Of a stretch of 64,000 nucleotides of DNA, positions 63,682 to 64,000 are shown piece after piece. Within the stretch, counting starts at the first letter, position 1. Each line of letters begins with the position of its first letter. Origin of the DNA: an uncultured virus (IMG/VR IMGVR_UViG_3300044974_001201) (taxonomy: Duplodnaviria > Heunggongvirae > Uroviricota > Caudoviricetes); IMG/VR virus record IMGVR_UViG_3300044974_001201; one strand, written 5' to 3'. The notes beneath the pieces are model-generated. The model saw only the letters and a program-made list of their open reading frames with translations, was not told the origin of the DNA and did not search any database. The position numbers and the translations under genes were made by a program.

Positions 63682-63848
63682 GGTGCTCGCTTCTACGCCC
63701 GCCGCTCGCCGCTTCTTTACATCGCCCCGTCGGTTTTCGCAAAACCGCTTCTGCGAAGGCCAGCGCAAGAAAACTTCGTGGCGGCGTAAGGTCTGCCGCG
63801 CTGGAACCGTAAGAGTGACAGGTTCCGCAACATCAAGGGGACACTGCA

Positions 63849-64000
63849 ATGGCAAATAAACCGCATCTTCTCATCGGGCCGCTCGCCGACAAGGTGTACA
63901 CCGTGGTCGACCGCAATAAGGTAGAGATCGTCACGTATCAGCGCGGAGAAGTTACTCAGGTTCGAGAGGCCAGCACCGAAGAGGCAAGAGCTTCTTACAG
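63849..64000 (+). CDS. Hypothetical protein (runs off the window)
   Basis: AAGGGG RBS, promoter repeat upstream, open to the edge. Confidence 0.55.
   Translation, partial: MANKPHLLIGPLADKVYTVVDRNKVEIVTYQRGEVTQVREASTEEARASY

Noticed and set aside
1865..63848. Repeated intergenic motif as a CRISPR array or attC-type integron cassettes
   Set aside because: Copies are dispersed, degenerate, oriented to start codons and mostly non-palindromic; no cas gene or integron integrase; a promoter fits better

Overview
High-GC (about 70% by eye) DNA with no housekeeping operons. I read it as a 64-kb internal slice of a large virus or provirus, most likely infecting Myxococcota (inferred from myxobacterial-style ECF sigma, PEGA/TPR-like and Asp-Ala-rich lipoprotein genes). 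No terminase, portal, HK97 capsid, tail gene or packaging ATPase is recognisable in the window. Instead there is a long minus-strand morphogenesis-like block (about 28.4-49.5 kb) with a candidate jelly-roll-type capsid gene and a diverged paralogue at 20.4 kb, at least eight proteins with Gly/Ala-rich C-terminal membrane anchors, a transglutaminase-fold Cys protease, histone-like basic proteins and membrane-anchored lytic enzymes. This suggests an unusually large tailless virus with an internal membrane. Two unexplained systems run through the window. (1) A basic-tract + [RK]-N-[G/P/S] peptide motif separates domains in about a dozen proteins, including the candidate capsid protein and an ECF sigma factor; it is a possible maturation or packaging signal. 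(2) About 26 copies of a multipartite ECF-like promoter (AAAnnC..GTAAGGT/AAAGAA-N16-17-CGTAGAAG) precede small accessory genes. Also present: a complete tmRNA, RadA/Sms, a type IIG-like restriction-methylase with a low-GC central patch, an RpoH-like sigma factor, a GP88-like protein, a degenerate free-standing intein/LAGLIDADG gene, a TnpB element with an RHH gene, and the end of an IscB/HEARO-type omegaRNA element at the left edge. All family assignments are by eye; no searches were run.
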